Below, one piece after another: positions 38,462 to 47,532 of a stretch of 64,000 nt of DNA. A program made the translations under genes and the position numbers. This DNA is from an uncultured Bacteroidota bacterium (GTDB taxonomy: Bacteria > Bacteroidota > Ignavibacteria > Ignavibacteriales > Ignavibacteriaceae). The first letter of the stretch is position 1. Every line of letters starts with the position of its first letter. The notes below the pieces were generated by a model, which searched no databases, was not told where the DNA came from, and saw only the letters and a list, made by a program, of their open reading frames with translations. The DNA lies in the NCBI GenBank assembly GCA_963839165.1, contig CAWIUG010000005.1, positions 43,862 through 107,861 on the forward strand. Direction: 5' to 3'.

Positions 38462-40926
38462 TGAACAGATTTATATGTATACATGGACATTTTTACCAAC
38501 CCCCTCGTGAAAATCCCTGGCTTGAGGAAATAGAAGTGCAGGATTCTGCATACCCGTACCGGGACTGGAATGAGCGGATCAATGCCGAATGCTATAATCC
38601 TAATACAGCATCAAGGATTCTCGGTAATGATAAGAATATAATCGATATTGTAAATAACTATTCGAAAATCAGCTTTAACTTCGGGCCGACGCTGTTGTCC
38701 TGGATTGAGGAACATGCTCCCAATGTATATGATAAAATTCTCGAAGCCGATCTCATTAGCAAAAAGCAGTTCTCTGGTCATGGCTCTGCCATTGCCCAGG
38801 TATATAACCACATAATAATGCCGCTGGCAAATGAAAGGGATAGGAGAACTCAGGTAATCTGGGGAATCGAAGATTTTAAGTTCAGGTTCGGGCGCGATCC
38901 CGAAGGTATGTGGCTTTCTGAAACTGCGGTTGATACCCTCACTCTGGAGATCCTGGCTGAAAATGGAATTAAGTATACCATATTGGCACCGCGTCAGGCT
39001 AAAGCAATAAAATTGCAAAATGAAGATGAATGGATTGATGTTTCGGAGGGAACGATCGATCCTAAAAGGTCATATCTTTGCCGGCTTCCTTCGGGAAATA
39101 CAATAAACCTGTTTTTCTATGACGGCTCTATTTCCCAGGAGATTGCATTCGGAGATCTGCTGCAAAATGGCTCAAACCTGCTTGAAAGGATGGAAGGAAC
39201 ATTCAGGGATGATGATGAAAACCAGCTTGCCCATATAGCCACCGATGGTGAAACTTATGGCCACCATCAGAAACATGGTGATATGGCACTTGCATACTTT
39301 CTGCATCTTGTTGAAGAGAAAGATGACACGGAACTTACAATCTATGGTGAATTCCTTGAAAAGAATCCTCCGGATTGGGAAGTGCAGATAATTGATAATA
39401 CGTCATGGAGCTGCGTGCATGGAGTTGAACGATGGAAATCTGACTGCGGCTGCAATACTGGTATGCATTCCGACTGGAATCAGCAGTGGCGGGGTCCTTT
39501 GAGAGAGGCACTTGACTGGCTGAGGGATAAGATGATTGGCATTTATGAAAAAGAAGCGGGCAATTATACGAACGATGTCTGGAAGCTGAGAGACTCATAT
39601 ATAAATATTATTCTTAAAAGAGAGCCTGAAAATATTAATAAAGTTTTTGCTGAAAACGGAATAAAAAAACTAAATATGCAGGATACTATCCGGCTTCTGA
39701 AGCTTCTGGAAATGCAGCGTCATGCAATGCTGATGTATACAAGCTGCGGATGGTTCTTCGATGAGATATCCGGAATAGAGACGGTACAGGTTATCCAGTA
39801 TGCTGCCAGGGCAATGCAGATTGTTAACGAACTTACCGGCGACGATCCTGAGGAGGAATTTGTAAACAGGCTGAAGAAAGCTCCAAGTAATATTGAGGGT
39901 ATGGAAAACGGCGCAGAGGTTTACCATAGACATGTTAAGCCTGCGGTTATAGACCTGCTGAGGGTTGCTGCCCATTATGCAATTTCCTCCTTATTCGAGG
40001 ATTATAGTGAAGAGTCGGTGATCTTCTGCTATGAAGTGCTTAAGAATGATTATGAATTGATAACTGCCGGAAGAAATAAGCTCGCACTGGGTCATCCGAC
40101 AATGCGCTCGAAAATTACTCTCGAAGAGGAGCAGATCAGTTTTGCTGTCCTTTATCTCGGTGATCATCATTTCTATGGCGGTGTAAGAGAATGGCAGAGC
40201 ACTGATGAGTATAATACAATGTGTTATGAGATTAAAAGTGCCTTCGACCGCCTGGATATTGCGGAGATGATTCTTCTGATGGATAAACACTTCGGTACTC
40301 ACAGCTACAATCTGTGGTATCTCTTCAAGGATAAGAGCAGGGAGGTGTTTGAAAAAATCATGCACCAAACACTGGATTCTATCGAAGTATCCTTTAGAAA
40401 TGTATACAAGGATCATTACGCTACCATGCAGGCTATGAAACATACCGGAACACCCCTCCCCAAGGCTCTATTCACCGCAATTGAATATGTAATTAATGCG
40501 GATTTCAAGCAGATATTTGAAGCCCCGGGGGCTATCGATCAGGACAAGCTGCAGAATCTGCTTCACGAAGTGAGGTATTGGTCTGTTGAACCCGATAAAT
40601 CAACCCTGAGCTTTGTGGGAAGCAGGCGGCTTAACTCTCTGATGGAAAAACTGAGTGAAAATCCTGATGACTTTGAAATATTTAATGAACTAAATAATTC
40701 TCTCCGAATTCTTAAGGAACTGGATATCGACCTTAATATGTGGGAAGCCCAAAATATATTGTTTTCGCTGATAAGGAAAAATCGTGAAAAATTACTCGAC
40801 GAAACCAGCAATGGTCAGGAAGAAAAAAAGGAGTGGATTAACAGGATAAATGAATTACAAAAAAAACTGGAGGTGAACATTCGCATTGACAAATTTACCG
40901 GCAGCGACGTACAGACTGCAGTTTAA
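38461..40926 (+). CDS. GH57-family glycoside hydrolase with long C-terminal (DUF3536-like) extension
   Basis: GH57 N-terminal signature HGHFYQPPRENPW plus WLSETAV and ATDGETYGHH. 821 aa. Start ATG overlaps the treZ stop (TGATG). Confidence 0.85.
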   Translation: MNRFICIHGHFYQPPRENPWLEEIEVQDSAYPYRDWNERINAECYNPNTASRILGNDKNIIDIVNNYSKISFNFGPTLLSWIEEHAPNVYDKILEADLISKKQFSGHGSAIAQVYNHIIMPLANERDRRTQVIWGIEDFKFRFGRDPEGMWLSETAVDTLTLEILAENGIKYTILAPRQAKAIKLQNEDEWIDVSEGTIDPKRSYLCRLPSGNTINLFFYDGSISQEIAFGDLLQNGSNLLERMEGTFRDDDENQLAHIATDGETYGHHQKHGDMALAYFLHLVEEKDDTELTIYGEFLEKNPPDWEVQIIDNTSWSCVHGVERWKSDCGCNTGMHSDWNQQWRGPLREALDWLRDKMIGIYEKEAGNYTNDVWKLRDSYINIILKREPENINKVFAENGIKKLNMQDTIRLLKLLEMQRHAMLMYTSCGWFFDEISGIETVQVIQYAARAMQIVNELTGDDPEEEFVNRLKKAPSNIEGMENGAEVYHRHVKPAVIDLLRVAAHYAISSLFEDYSEESVIFCYEVLKNDYELITAGRNKLALGHPTMRSKITLEEEQISFAVLYLGDHHFYGGVREWQSTDEYNTMCYEIKSAFDRLDIAEMILLMDKHFGTHSYNLWYLFKDKSREVFEKIMHQTLDSIEVSFRNVYKDHYATMQAMKHTGTPLPKALFTAIEYVINADFKQIFEAPGAIDQDKLQNLLHEVRYWSVEPDKSTLSFVGSRRLNSLMEKLSENPDDFEIFNELNNSLRILKELDIDLNMWEAQNILFSLIRKNREKLLDETSNGQEEKKEWINRINELQKKLEVNIRIDKFTGSDVQTAV

Positions 40927-43684
40927 TAAGACCTTTGATTTCAATTCGGCCCGGAGGTTACTGCCATACCTGCAGACACTCGGAATTACCCATATTTATG
41001 CCTCTCCCATTTTTAAGGCTTCAAAAGGAAGTATGCATGGGTACGACGTAGTCGATCCCACACAGCTTAATCCCGAACTTGGCACACCTGATGATTTCGA
41101 TACCCTGGTAAAAGAGGCTCGTGAAAAGGGAATATTCTGGCTGCAGGATATCGTTCCAAACCATATGGCGTTCGACTTTGAAAACAGGATGCTGGTAGAT
41201 CTTCTTGAGAATGGTCCGGATTCCAGGTTCTATAATTTCTTCGACGTCGAATGGAGCTATGTGCATTTTGGCGACAAGCCCCGTATGCTCGCGCCTTTCC
41301 TTGGAAAATATTATCAGGAAACTCTCGAAGGAAAAGAGATCTCTTTAAGATACGATTCTGAAGGCTTCAGCATTAATTATTTCGATAATAAATTTCCCGT
41401 GAGGCTCAGTTCCTATGCTGATTTGCTGTCGCTGGGATTTGAAAAACTGCAGAATAAAGTGGGAAGGAACTATCCGGCGGTTATCAGACTGCTGGGACTC
41501 CTTCATATTATAAAGTTCCTGCCTACAATCCAAAATATCGATGAACGGTATAACCAGATTAAGTTTATCAAGAACCTGTTGTGGGAACTTTATTCCGACG
41601 ACGACCAGGTTAAGATGTACATAAACGAAACCCTGAAGATCTATAACGGAAGAAAGGAAAATCCTGAAAGCTTCGATCTGCTGGATAAACTTCTGTCAGA
41701 ACAATATTTCCGTCTCGCTTACTGGAAGGTTGCAAATGAGGAGATAAATTACAGAAGGTTTTTTAACATCAGCAGTTTAATCTCCCTTAAAGTTGAGAAT
41801 GAGGAAGTCTTTAACCGTACCCATTCTCTGATTTTCAAGCTTGTAAAGGAAAATGTGATCGATGGGCTTCGTGTTGATCATATTGATGGGCTTTATGATC
41901 CGGAAGAATACCTTAATAGGGTGAGGGATAGGATCGACGGAAAGTACCTTGTTGTTGAAAAGATCCTCGAACAGGATGAGCATCTGCCTGAGAATTGGCC
42001 TGTAGAAGGAACAACAGGCTATGATTTTCTGAATTTTGTAAATGGTGTATTCTGTAATGTTAAAAATGAAAATAAAATGAGCAGAATTTACACACAATTT
42101 ACACGCAGAGCTTCATCGTTTGATGATATGGTAGTCGACAAAAAAAGACTCATAATAAATACCCGAATGGCAGGGGAACTCGAGAGATTAAGTCTGCTGG
42201 TTGAAGAAATCGCAAAGCACGACAGGTACGGCGCAGATATCACCCTGAATGGAATAAAAACGGCACTTGAGGAGATCCTGGTGCATTTCCCAATTTACCG
42301 GACGTACGTAAATAGCAATAAAATATCAATTTCTGAAAAGGATTATATAAATCATACCGTTGGTGAACTTAAATACAACAACCCAAGATTAGAATATGAA
42401 ATAAGCTATATCGGTAAGCTGCTCGCCTTGCAGCATCCGAACCTCTCAGATGAACTCTATGAGAAAACTCTTAACTTCATTATGAAATTCCAGCAGCTTA
42501 CGGGTCCCCTTATGGCGAAAGGCTATGAAGATACTGCTCTTTATGTATATAACAGGTTCATTTCGCTCAATGAGGTAGGTGGAAATCCTTCCGAATTCGG
42601 TCTGTACTTGAATGAATTCCATAAAAAAATCAGGAGGAGAGGGATAAATTGGAGATATAGTCTGAATGCGACCTCGACGCACGATACAAAGCGCGGAGAG
42701 GACGTCAGAGCCAGGATCAATGTAATTTCCGAAATTCCGGATGAATGGAATCTGAGGGTCAAAAAATGGTATAATATGAACCTTAAATATAAAAAGGAAC
42801 ATAACGGCAGGTTTTTTCCCGACAAAAATGATGAATATTTCCTCTACCAGACGCTTATTGGTACGTTTCCTTTCGAAGGCAAACCAGATGATGAATTTAA
42901 AAAAAGAATTAAAGAATACGCTATCAAGGTGGTCAGAGAGGCCAAAGTTCATACGGCCTGGGTAAAACCTGATGAGATCTATGAAAATGCATTTCTCGGA
43001 TTTATCGATAATATTCTAACGGAATCTGATTCGAATCTTTTTCTTGATGATATTCTAGAATTCCATAGGTATACCTCATTTTATGGAATGTTCAACTCAC
43101 TGTCTCAGGCAATAATCAAAATGACTGCTCCTGGTGTACCCGACTTTTACCAGGGGACTGAGCTCTGGGATTTCAGCCTTGTCGATCCCGACAACCGGAG
43201 ACCGGTAGATTATCAGTTCAGAGAAGATCTCTTAAAGGAAATAAATGAAAAAGAATCAGAAGAAGTTGATTTTCTTTTTGAATATCTTTTTTCAACCATG
43301 CGTTTGGGTGCCGTAAAACTATTTGTAATCAGTAAAATATTAAACTTGCGACGTGAAAATCGTGAACTTTTTGAAGCTGGTAAATATTTGAAGCTTAAAA
43401 CAACAGGGATATATAAAAATAGTATCATTGCATTTGCTCGACAATTGGGGGATGAAGCCGTGGTTGTAGTGGTCCCGCGTTTTTTAACAGGTATTATAGC
43501 ACCAGGAAAACTTCCCCTGGGTGTTAAGATATGGAAGGATACAGGTGTAAAAACCCCTTTTCCTGTAAGTAATATAAAGAATCTTCTTTCTGGCGAATTT
43601 TTTGCCGGGAGTAATGAAATTGAAGTCGGTAACATTATGGAGAAATTTCCAGCAGCAGTTCTGATGTGTGAAAAAAAAGGGTAA
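40886..43684 (+). CDS. treY: Malto-oligosyltrehalose synthase
   Basis: ATYRLQFNKTFDF, YASPIFKA..GSMHGYDV, VPNHMA, GLRVDHIDGL, TTGYDF, ATSTHDTKRGEDVR. TTG start preceded by GGAGGTG; 41-nt overlap with the GH57 gene. Confidence 0.9.
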   Translation: MTNLPAATYRLQFNKTFDFNSARRLLPYLQTLGITHIYASPIFKASKGSMHGYDVVDPTQLNPELGTPDDFDTLVKEAREKGIFWLQDIVPNHMAFDFENRMLVDLLENGPDSRFYNFFDVEWSYVHFGDKPRMLAPFLGKYYQETLEGKEISLRYDSEGFSINYFDNKFPVRLSSYADLLSLGFEKLQNKVGRNYPAVIRLLGLLHIIKFLPTIQNIDERYNQIKFIKNLLWELYSDDDQVKMYINETLKIYNGRKENPESFDLLDKLLSEQYFRLAYWKVANEEINYRRFFNISSLISLKVENEEVFNRTHSLIFKLVKENVIDGLRVDHIDGLYDPEEYLNRVRDRIDGKYLVVEKILEQDEHLPENWPVEGTTGYDFLNFVNGVFCNVKNENKMSRIYTQFTRRASSFDDMVVDKKRLIINTRMAGELERLSLLVEEIAKHDRYGADITLNGIKTALEEILVHFPIYRTYVNSNKISISEKDYINHTVGELKYNNPRLEYEISYIGKLLALQHPNLSDELYEKTLNFIMKFQQLTGPLMAKGYEDTALYVYNRFISLNEVGGNPSEFGLYLNEFHKKIRRRGINWRYSLNATSTHDTKRGEDVRARINVISEIPDEWNLRVKKWYNMNLKYKKEHNGRFFPDKNDEYFLYQTLIGTFPFEGKPDDEFKKRIKEYAIKVVREAKVHTAWVKPDEIYENAFLGFIDNILTESDSNLFLDDILEFHRYTSFYGMFNSLSQAIIKMTAPGVPDFYQGTELWDFSLVDPDNRRPVDYQFREDLLKEINEKESEEVDFLFEYLFSTMRLGAVKLFVISKILNLRRENRELFEAGKYLKLKTTGIYKNSIIAFARQLGDEAVVVVVPRFLTGIIAPGKLPLGVKIWKDTGVKTPFPVSNIKNLLSGEFFAGSNEIEVGNIMEKFPAAVLMCEKKG

Positions 43685-43829
43685 TAATTTCGGGTAAAAT
43701 CAGTTAACAATTCCTTAATCGATATTTAACAAATAGTTAATATTAGACAACTATTCATATTGTAGTTTTAGACACAGCATAACATAAATTTTTTACATAT
43801 AATATTTTTGAGTAAAATAAAATGAGTGG

Positions 43830-44027
43830 ATGGCAACCATGAAAAGGGAAGAAAAGATTTCTCAGGAAAAAGAGAAGAAGTCAGGTTTTAGTGAAAAAGA
43901 ATTTTTAGAATACCTTGAAGAAAGATTTAGAAAACTGAGACTTGATGAACAAAAATTCAGGGAAGAAGCTCTGGCCGGAAATACATATCTCAACAGCAGC
44001 AGCACTTTCACTAAAGTTAATGGATAG
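43830..44027 (+). CDS. Hypothetical small charged protein
   Basis: 65-aa ORF, Lys/Glu-rich, with no recognisable family. Coding status uncertain. Confidence 0.3.
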   Translation: MATMKREEKISQEKEKKSGFSEKEFLEYLEERFRKLRLDEQKFREEALAGNTYLNSSSTFTKVNG

Positions 44028-44032
44028 CCCGG

Positions 44033-44929
44033 TTAGCTGACAGGTGAGCTGTTCAGTGCTAGAATTGTTTTGTTTTCAGGGAAGTACGCCTTCTCAATGA
44101 GATCGTATATTCCGTAAAGCATCTTTCCAAAATAGACAGGGTCGGGGGCAAATTCAACGATACCTTTAATTCGCTCTAAAAAAGAAAGCAATCTGCTTTC
44201 TGCTTTGGCGTAACCCCCGAAATGATAATTAAAAAATATCTCGTAACTGCCCTGGATACCGGGATCGAATTCTGATAATAGCTTAAGCATATCCTCTTCG
44301 AGAAAGCTGGCTCCTTTAAGTACGGGAAAACCCAATACCTTCACACCAGCCGGTACGCCTGCTGTTAAACCTGCAACAGTTCCGCCAGTACCCATGGCCG
44401 CAGCAATATAATCATATTTAATCTTGATAGTTGCGGGAATCTCAGAGCATCCTTTTACCGCAAAATAATTTGATCCTCCTTCAGGAAGCAGATAAAAGTT
44501 ACCGTAAACTCTGTGCAGCTTTTCTATAAATTCTTCTTTTGATTTGAGCCTGTAATCTGATCTGCATACATAATTCAGCATCATTCCGTTTTTTCGGGCA
44601 AAGTTGAGTATTGGATTTAGCGGAAGGTGCTCTTCTCCACGGATTATCCCGATGGTTTTAAATCCAAAGAGTCTGCCCGCTGCAGCAGAGGCAAATATAT
44701 GGTTGGAATAAGCTCCCCCGAAAGTCAGCAGTGTTTTTTGATTTTGTCTCTCCGCTTCAACCAGGTTATATTTAAGTTTATACCATTTATTGCCGAAAAT
44801 ATACGGGTGAATGAGATCCTCTCTTTTTATGAAAAGAGTTATTTTTTTCTCATTCAGGAATGGGTCATTCACTCTAAGTAACGGGGCTGGTTTTATGGGT
44901 AGAGAATGAACTTTTTCTGCGACGGTCAT
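44033..44929 (-). CDS. PLP-dependent ACC deaminase / D-cysteine desulfhydrase family protein
   Basis: KREDL...GNKWYKL (PLP lysine context), GGAYSNH, and the Gly-rich MGTGGTVAGL loop. Confidence 0.8.
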   Translation of the reverse strand: MTVAEKVHSLPIKPAPLLRVNDPFLNEKKITLFIKREDLIHPYIFGNKWYKLKYNLVEAERQNQKTLLTFGGAYSNHIFASAAAGRLFGFKTIGIIRGEEHLPLNPILNFARKNGMMLNYVCRSDYRLKSKEEFIEKLHRVYGNFYLLPEGGSNYFAVKGCSEIPATIKIKYDYIAAAMGTGGTVAGLTAGVPAGVKVLGFPVLKGASFLEEDMLKLLSEFDPGIQGSYEIFFNYHFGGYAKAESRLLSFLERIKGIVEFAPDPVYFGKMLYGIYDLIEKAYFPENKTILALNSSPVS

Positions 44930-44931
44930 AA

Positions 44932-45618
44932 TTAAGCGGGATTTCTTTCGATTATTTCGGTAGTATCTTTTATCCCTACGATAACCTTATCCGCAATATT
45001 TATAAAGAGACCTGTTTCCACCACCCCCGTTATCAGCTTAATTTCTCTGTTCAGTTCCACCGGATTCGGTATTTCCCCAAGGTGTAGATCGATAATGTAG
45101 TTCCCCGCATCTGTTATATAGGGTTCGTTATTTTTTAATCTTAAAACAGGATTATAGTTACTGTCTTTGAATATTCTCAAAAGTTGGGTCGATCCATACC
45201 TCACTACCTCAACAGGGAGAGGGAAATTCCCGAGTTTTTCAACACGTTTTCCTGAATCCACAACCCATATAACCTGAGCCGACGCTTCAGCAACAAGTTT
45301 TTCGTAAAGCAGTGCGCCTCCGCCTCCTTTTATACCGTTCAAAGCAGGATCAAATTCATCCGCACCGTCGATAGTAAGATCAGTTTTATTTATATCCTCA
45401 AAAGAAAGGATCTCAATCCCTAATGAGGCTGCAAGCCTGGAAGTGGCGGAGGAAGTTGAAACGGCCTTCAATTTCATCCCATCCTTTATTAGCTCTCCCA
45501 CCTTCCTGATCGTGTAAAAGACCGTAGATCCTGTTCCCAGTCCCAGCAGCATACCGTCTTTAATAAATTCAACTGCTTTTTCACCTGCATTCAGTTTTTC
45601 AATATTATGGTCAGGCAT
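44932..45618 (-). CDS. rpiA: Ribose-5-phosphate isomerase A
   Basis: GLGTGST, IDGADE, GGGGALLYEK motifs. Confidence 0.9.
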   Translation of the reverse strand: MPDHNIEKLNAGEKAVEFIKDGMLLGLGTGSTVFYTIRKVGELIKDGMKLKAVSTSSATSRLAASLGIEILSFEDINKTDLTIDGADEFDPALNGIKGGGGALLYEKLVAEASAQVIWVVDSGKRVEKLGNFPLPVEVVRYGSTQLLRIFKDSNYNPVLRLKNNEPYITDAGNYIIDLHLGEIPNPVELNREIKLITGVVETGLFINIADKVIVGIKDTTEIIERNPA

Positions 45619-45687
45619 ATAATATTTTTGTAGTGATTATAATTAGATCAAAATTACAAAAAAATTAAAAGAAATGATTTCCGGGGA

Positions 45688-46743
45688 CTAATTACCTGTC
45701 ACATAAGGATAGCTGCGGATTTTATTATTGGTGAAGGTTTCAGCGCTGAGCCCTTCAGCCCCCAGAAGTATATCATAAAACATATTATTAGCACCGAAGA
45801 GCACTGATTTAGCATTATAACCCAGTACCTGAAGATAGGCAATTGCAAATGCACTCAGCTGCCCATCAGTTGAATAAAATGCTATCTTCCTGTCGGAGGG
45901 GAGAGTCTGAAGGTTAGTGGAACTACTCAGGTCGGATGCCGACGGAGGCGGATTATACAGCACCGCACCCGGGGGATGGGAAATGCCGAGGATCAGTTGC
46001 CTATAAAGCAGGCCTGTATTATAGCAGACAATATAATACTGATCCATACGGTCGGCAAGGTAAATGAAATCTATAGTTGCATCTCCTTCACTCCCAGTGA
46101 AGTTGTCGGCATAATCGGTTTCCATTACACGGCTTATACGGTTCCTTACCTGTTCTGTTAATGAGCCGCCCGTAAGGTTGACATCAGGCAGGGGAGTATA
46201 ATCTGGTTTGGATACAAGCTCCAGGTTGAAATTCCTTAATATATTATTGTATTGCTGAAGAGCGTTCAACCATTCCGATGAAAAGTTATTATTCCAGGCT
46301 GCCATTCCATAATTCATTGAGAAAGTGTTTTCAAATCCATAAAGGTGAAGAAGGCACGTGTAAAATGCAGATGACTGACCATTCATGCTTACTATAATAA
46401 TTTTGGGATATTGCTCCGTATTTATACTATTCAGATAAGTGATCAGTTCACCATGCTGCTTGTTGACGGCATTTTCTATGTGCCCCGATGAAAATTCATC
46501 AGGCAGCCGGATATCTATAACCAGGTAAGTCTGTAAGTTATTGAATACTTCATCAACATTTACCAATGAAGGCATATCATTTGAATTAATGTAATCACCG
46601 GTTTCTTCCAGGTAATATAATAATACGCCGCTGTTACTAAGCTTAAACTCAGGCGGGGTTGTTACATTATCTTTTAGGCAGCCCGAAAATAATGTTAAAA
46701 CAACAATGATAGGAAAATATGCCGCTCTAATATTTTTTATCAT
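45688..46743 (-). CDS. Lipoprotein with two rhodanese-homology domains, both lacking the catalytic Cys
   Basis: Lipobox LFSGC. Domain 1 is VIDIRLPDEFSSGHIENAVN ... IIIVSMNGQSS. Domain 2 is ... IAFYSTDGQLSA. In both loops Ser occupies the position of the active-site Cys (C-x-x-G-x-x-S/T frame). Confidence 0.7.
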   Translation of the reverse strand: MIKNIRAAYFPIIVVLTLFSGCLKDNVTTPPEFKLSNSGVLLYYLEETGDYINSNDMPSLVNVDEVFNNLQTYLVIDIRLPDEFSSGHIENAVNKQHGELITYLNSINTEQYPKIIIVSMNGQSSAFYTCLLHLYGFENTFSMNYGMAAWNNNFSSEWLNALQQYNNILRNFNLELVSKPDYTPLPDVNLTGGSLTEQVRNRISRVMETDYADNFTGSEGDATIDFIYLADRMDQYYIVCYNTGLLYRQLILGISHPPGAVLYNPPPSASDLSSSTNLQTLPSDRKIAFYSTDGQLSAFAIAYLQVLGYNAKSVLFGANNMFYDILLGAEGLSAETFTNNKIRSYPYVTGN

Positions 46744-47531
46744 GGCTGAAACGCATTCCCTTCCGCCACACCGATAAATAAGCCAATTGTATGATCTCCA
46801 ATTACGTTCCAGGCAACTGATCCTCCACCTGAAGTGAATGTATTGTTTTTCTGATCGCTTGCTGTCTTTGTAATGAAATATTTTTTATATACTTCATCAA
46901 AAGCGTATACCTTTATGTAAATTCTGTCGCTGTAAGTTGACGTATTATAAGGAGCCGGAATGTCCATCGATCTAACCAGAACATTTGCGGGGTATTCATC
47001 GGGAGTAACAACCTCATAAAAATCGTTTGCCGACAACAATTGTCCGCCCGAGGCCAAGAGCCATGCTGCGGCATAAACTTCTCCGGGTTTGGCAATCACT
47101 TCTGCAGATAGATACTGATTATCAACGTCTGTAACACCTGCAATTTCAGGAACTTCCGGTATAGTGGTTTTACTGTAAATAGATTTTGAATCTGTAGAGA
47201 TGTAAAGTTCGTACTGACTATGCACTTTGATAGTAATTTGCTTCAGGGGTTTATAAATTCCATCTGCAAAATAATGAAGCGGGATGATCCTTACGCCGTC
47301 TTCCACCAGATACATTACTGCATCTTTTATCTCAGCTTTTTTGATATCGAATTCTTCTCCGAGGGGAAGTGTATGTGTTAATGTTATTCCCTGGAATTCC
47401 TGGAAAGCTGTAAGTTGTGCGCTAACTACTGTGTATTCGGTATAGGGAAGATCCACCACTACATCGGTGCTGTTCTCACATGAAGAGATCAGAAGAGCTA
47501 AAGCGGTAAGGAGAATCACCTTTCTTATCAT
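46740..47531 (-). CDS. DUF4249-like lipoprotein
   Basis: Lipobox LISSC, 263 aa, immediately downstream of and overlapping with the TonB-dependent receptor operon. Family assigned by architecture and context only. Confidence 0.6.
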   Translation of the reverse strand: MIRKVILLTALALLISSCENSTDVVVDLPYTEYTVVSAQLTAFQEFQGITLTHTLPLGEEFDIKKAEIKDAVMYLVEDGVRIIPLHYFADGIYKPLKQITIKVHSQYELYISTDSKSIYSKTTIPEVPEIAGVTDVDNQYLSAEVIAKPGEVYAAAWLLASGGQLLSANDFYEVVTPDEYPANVLVRSMDIPAPYNTSTYSDRIYIKVYAFDEVYKKYFITKTASDQKNNTFTSGGGSVAWNVIGDHTIGLFIGVAEGNAFQP

Positions 47532-47532
47532 A

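Noticed and set aside
40886-40926. The 41-nt overlap between the GH57 gene and treY as evidence of a frameshifted fusion.
   Set aside because: The GH57 protein has a complete C-terminus. TreY begins at its conserved N-terminus (ATYRLQFN) with a GGAGGTG SD 10 nt before the TTG. Two independent ORFs is the simpler reading.
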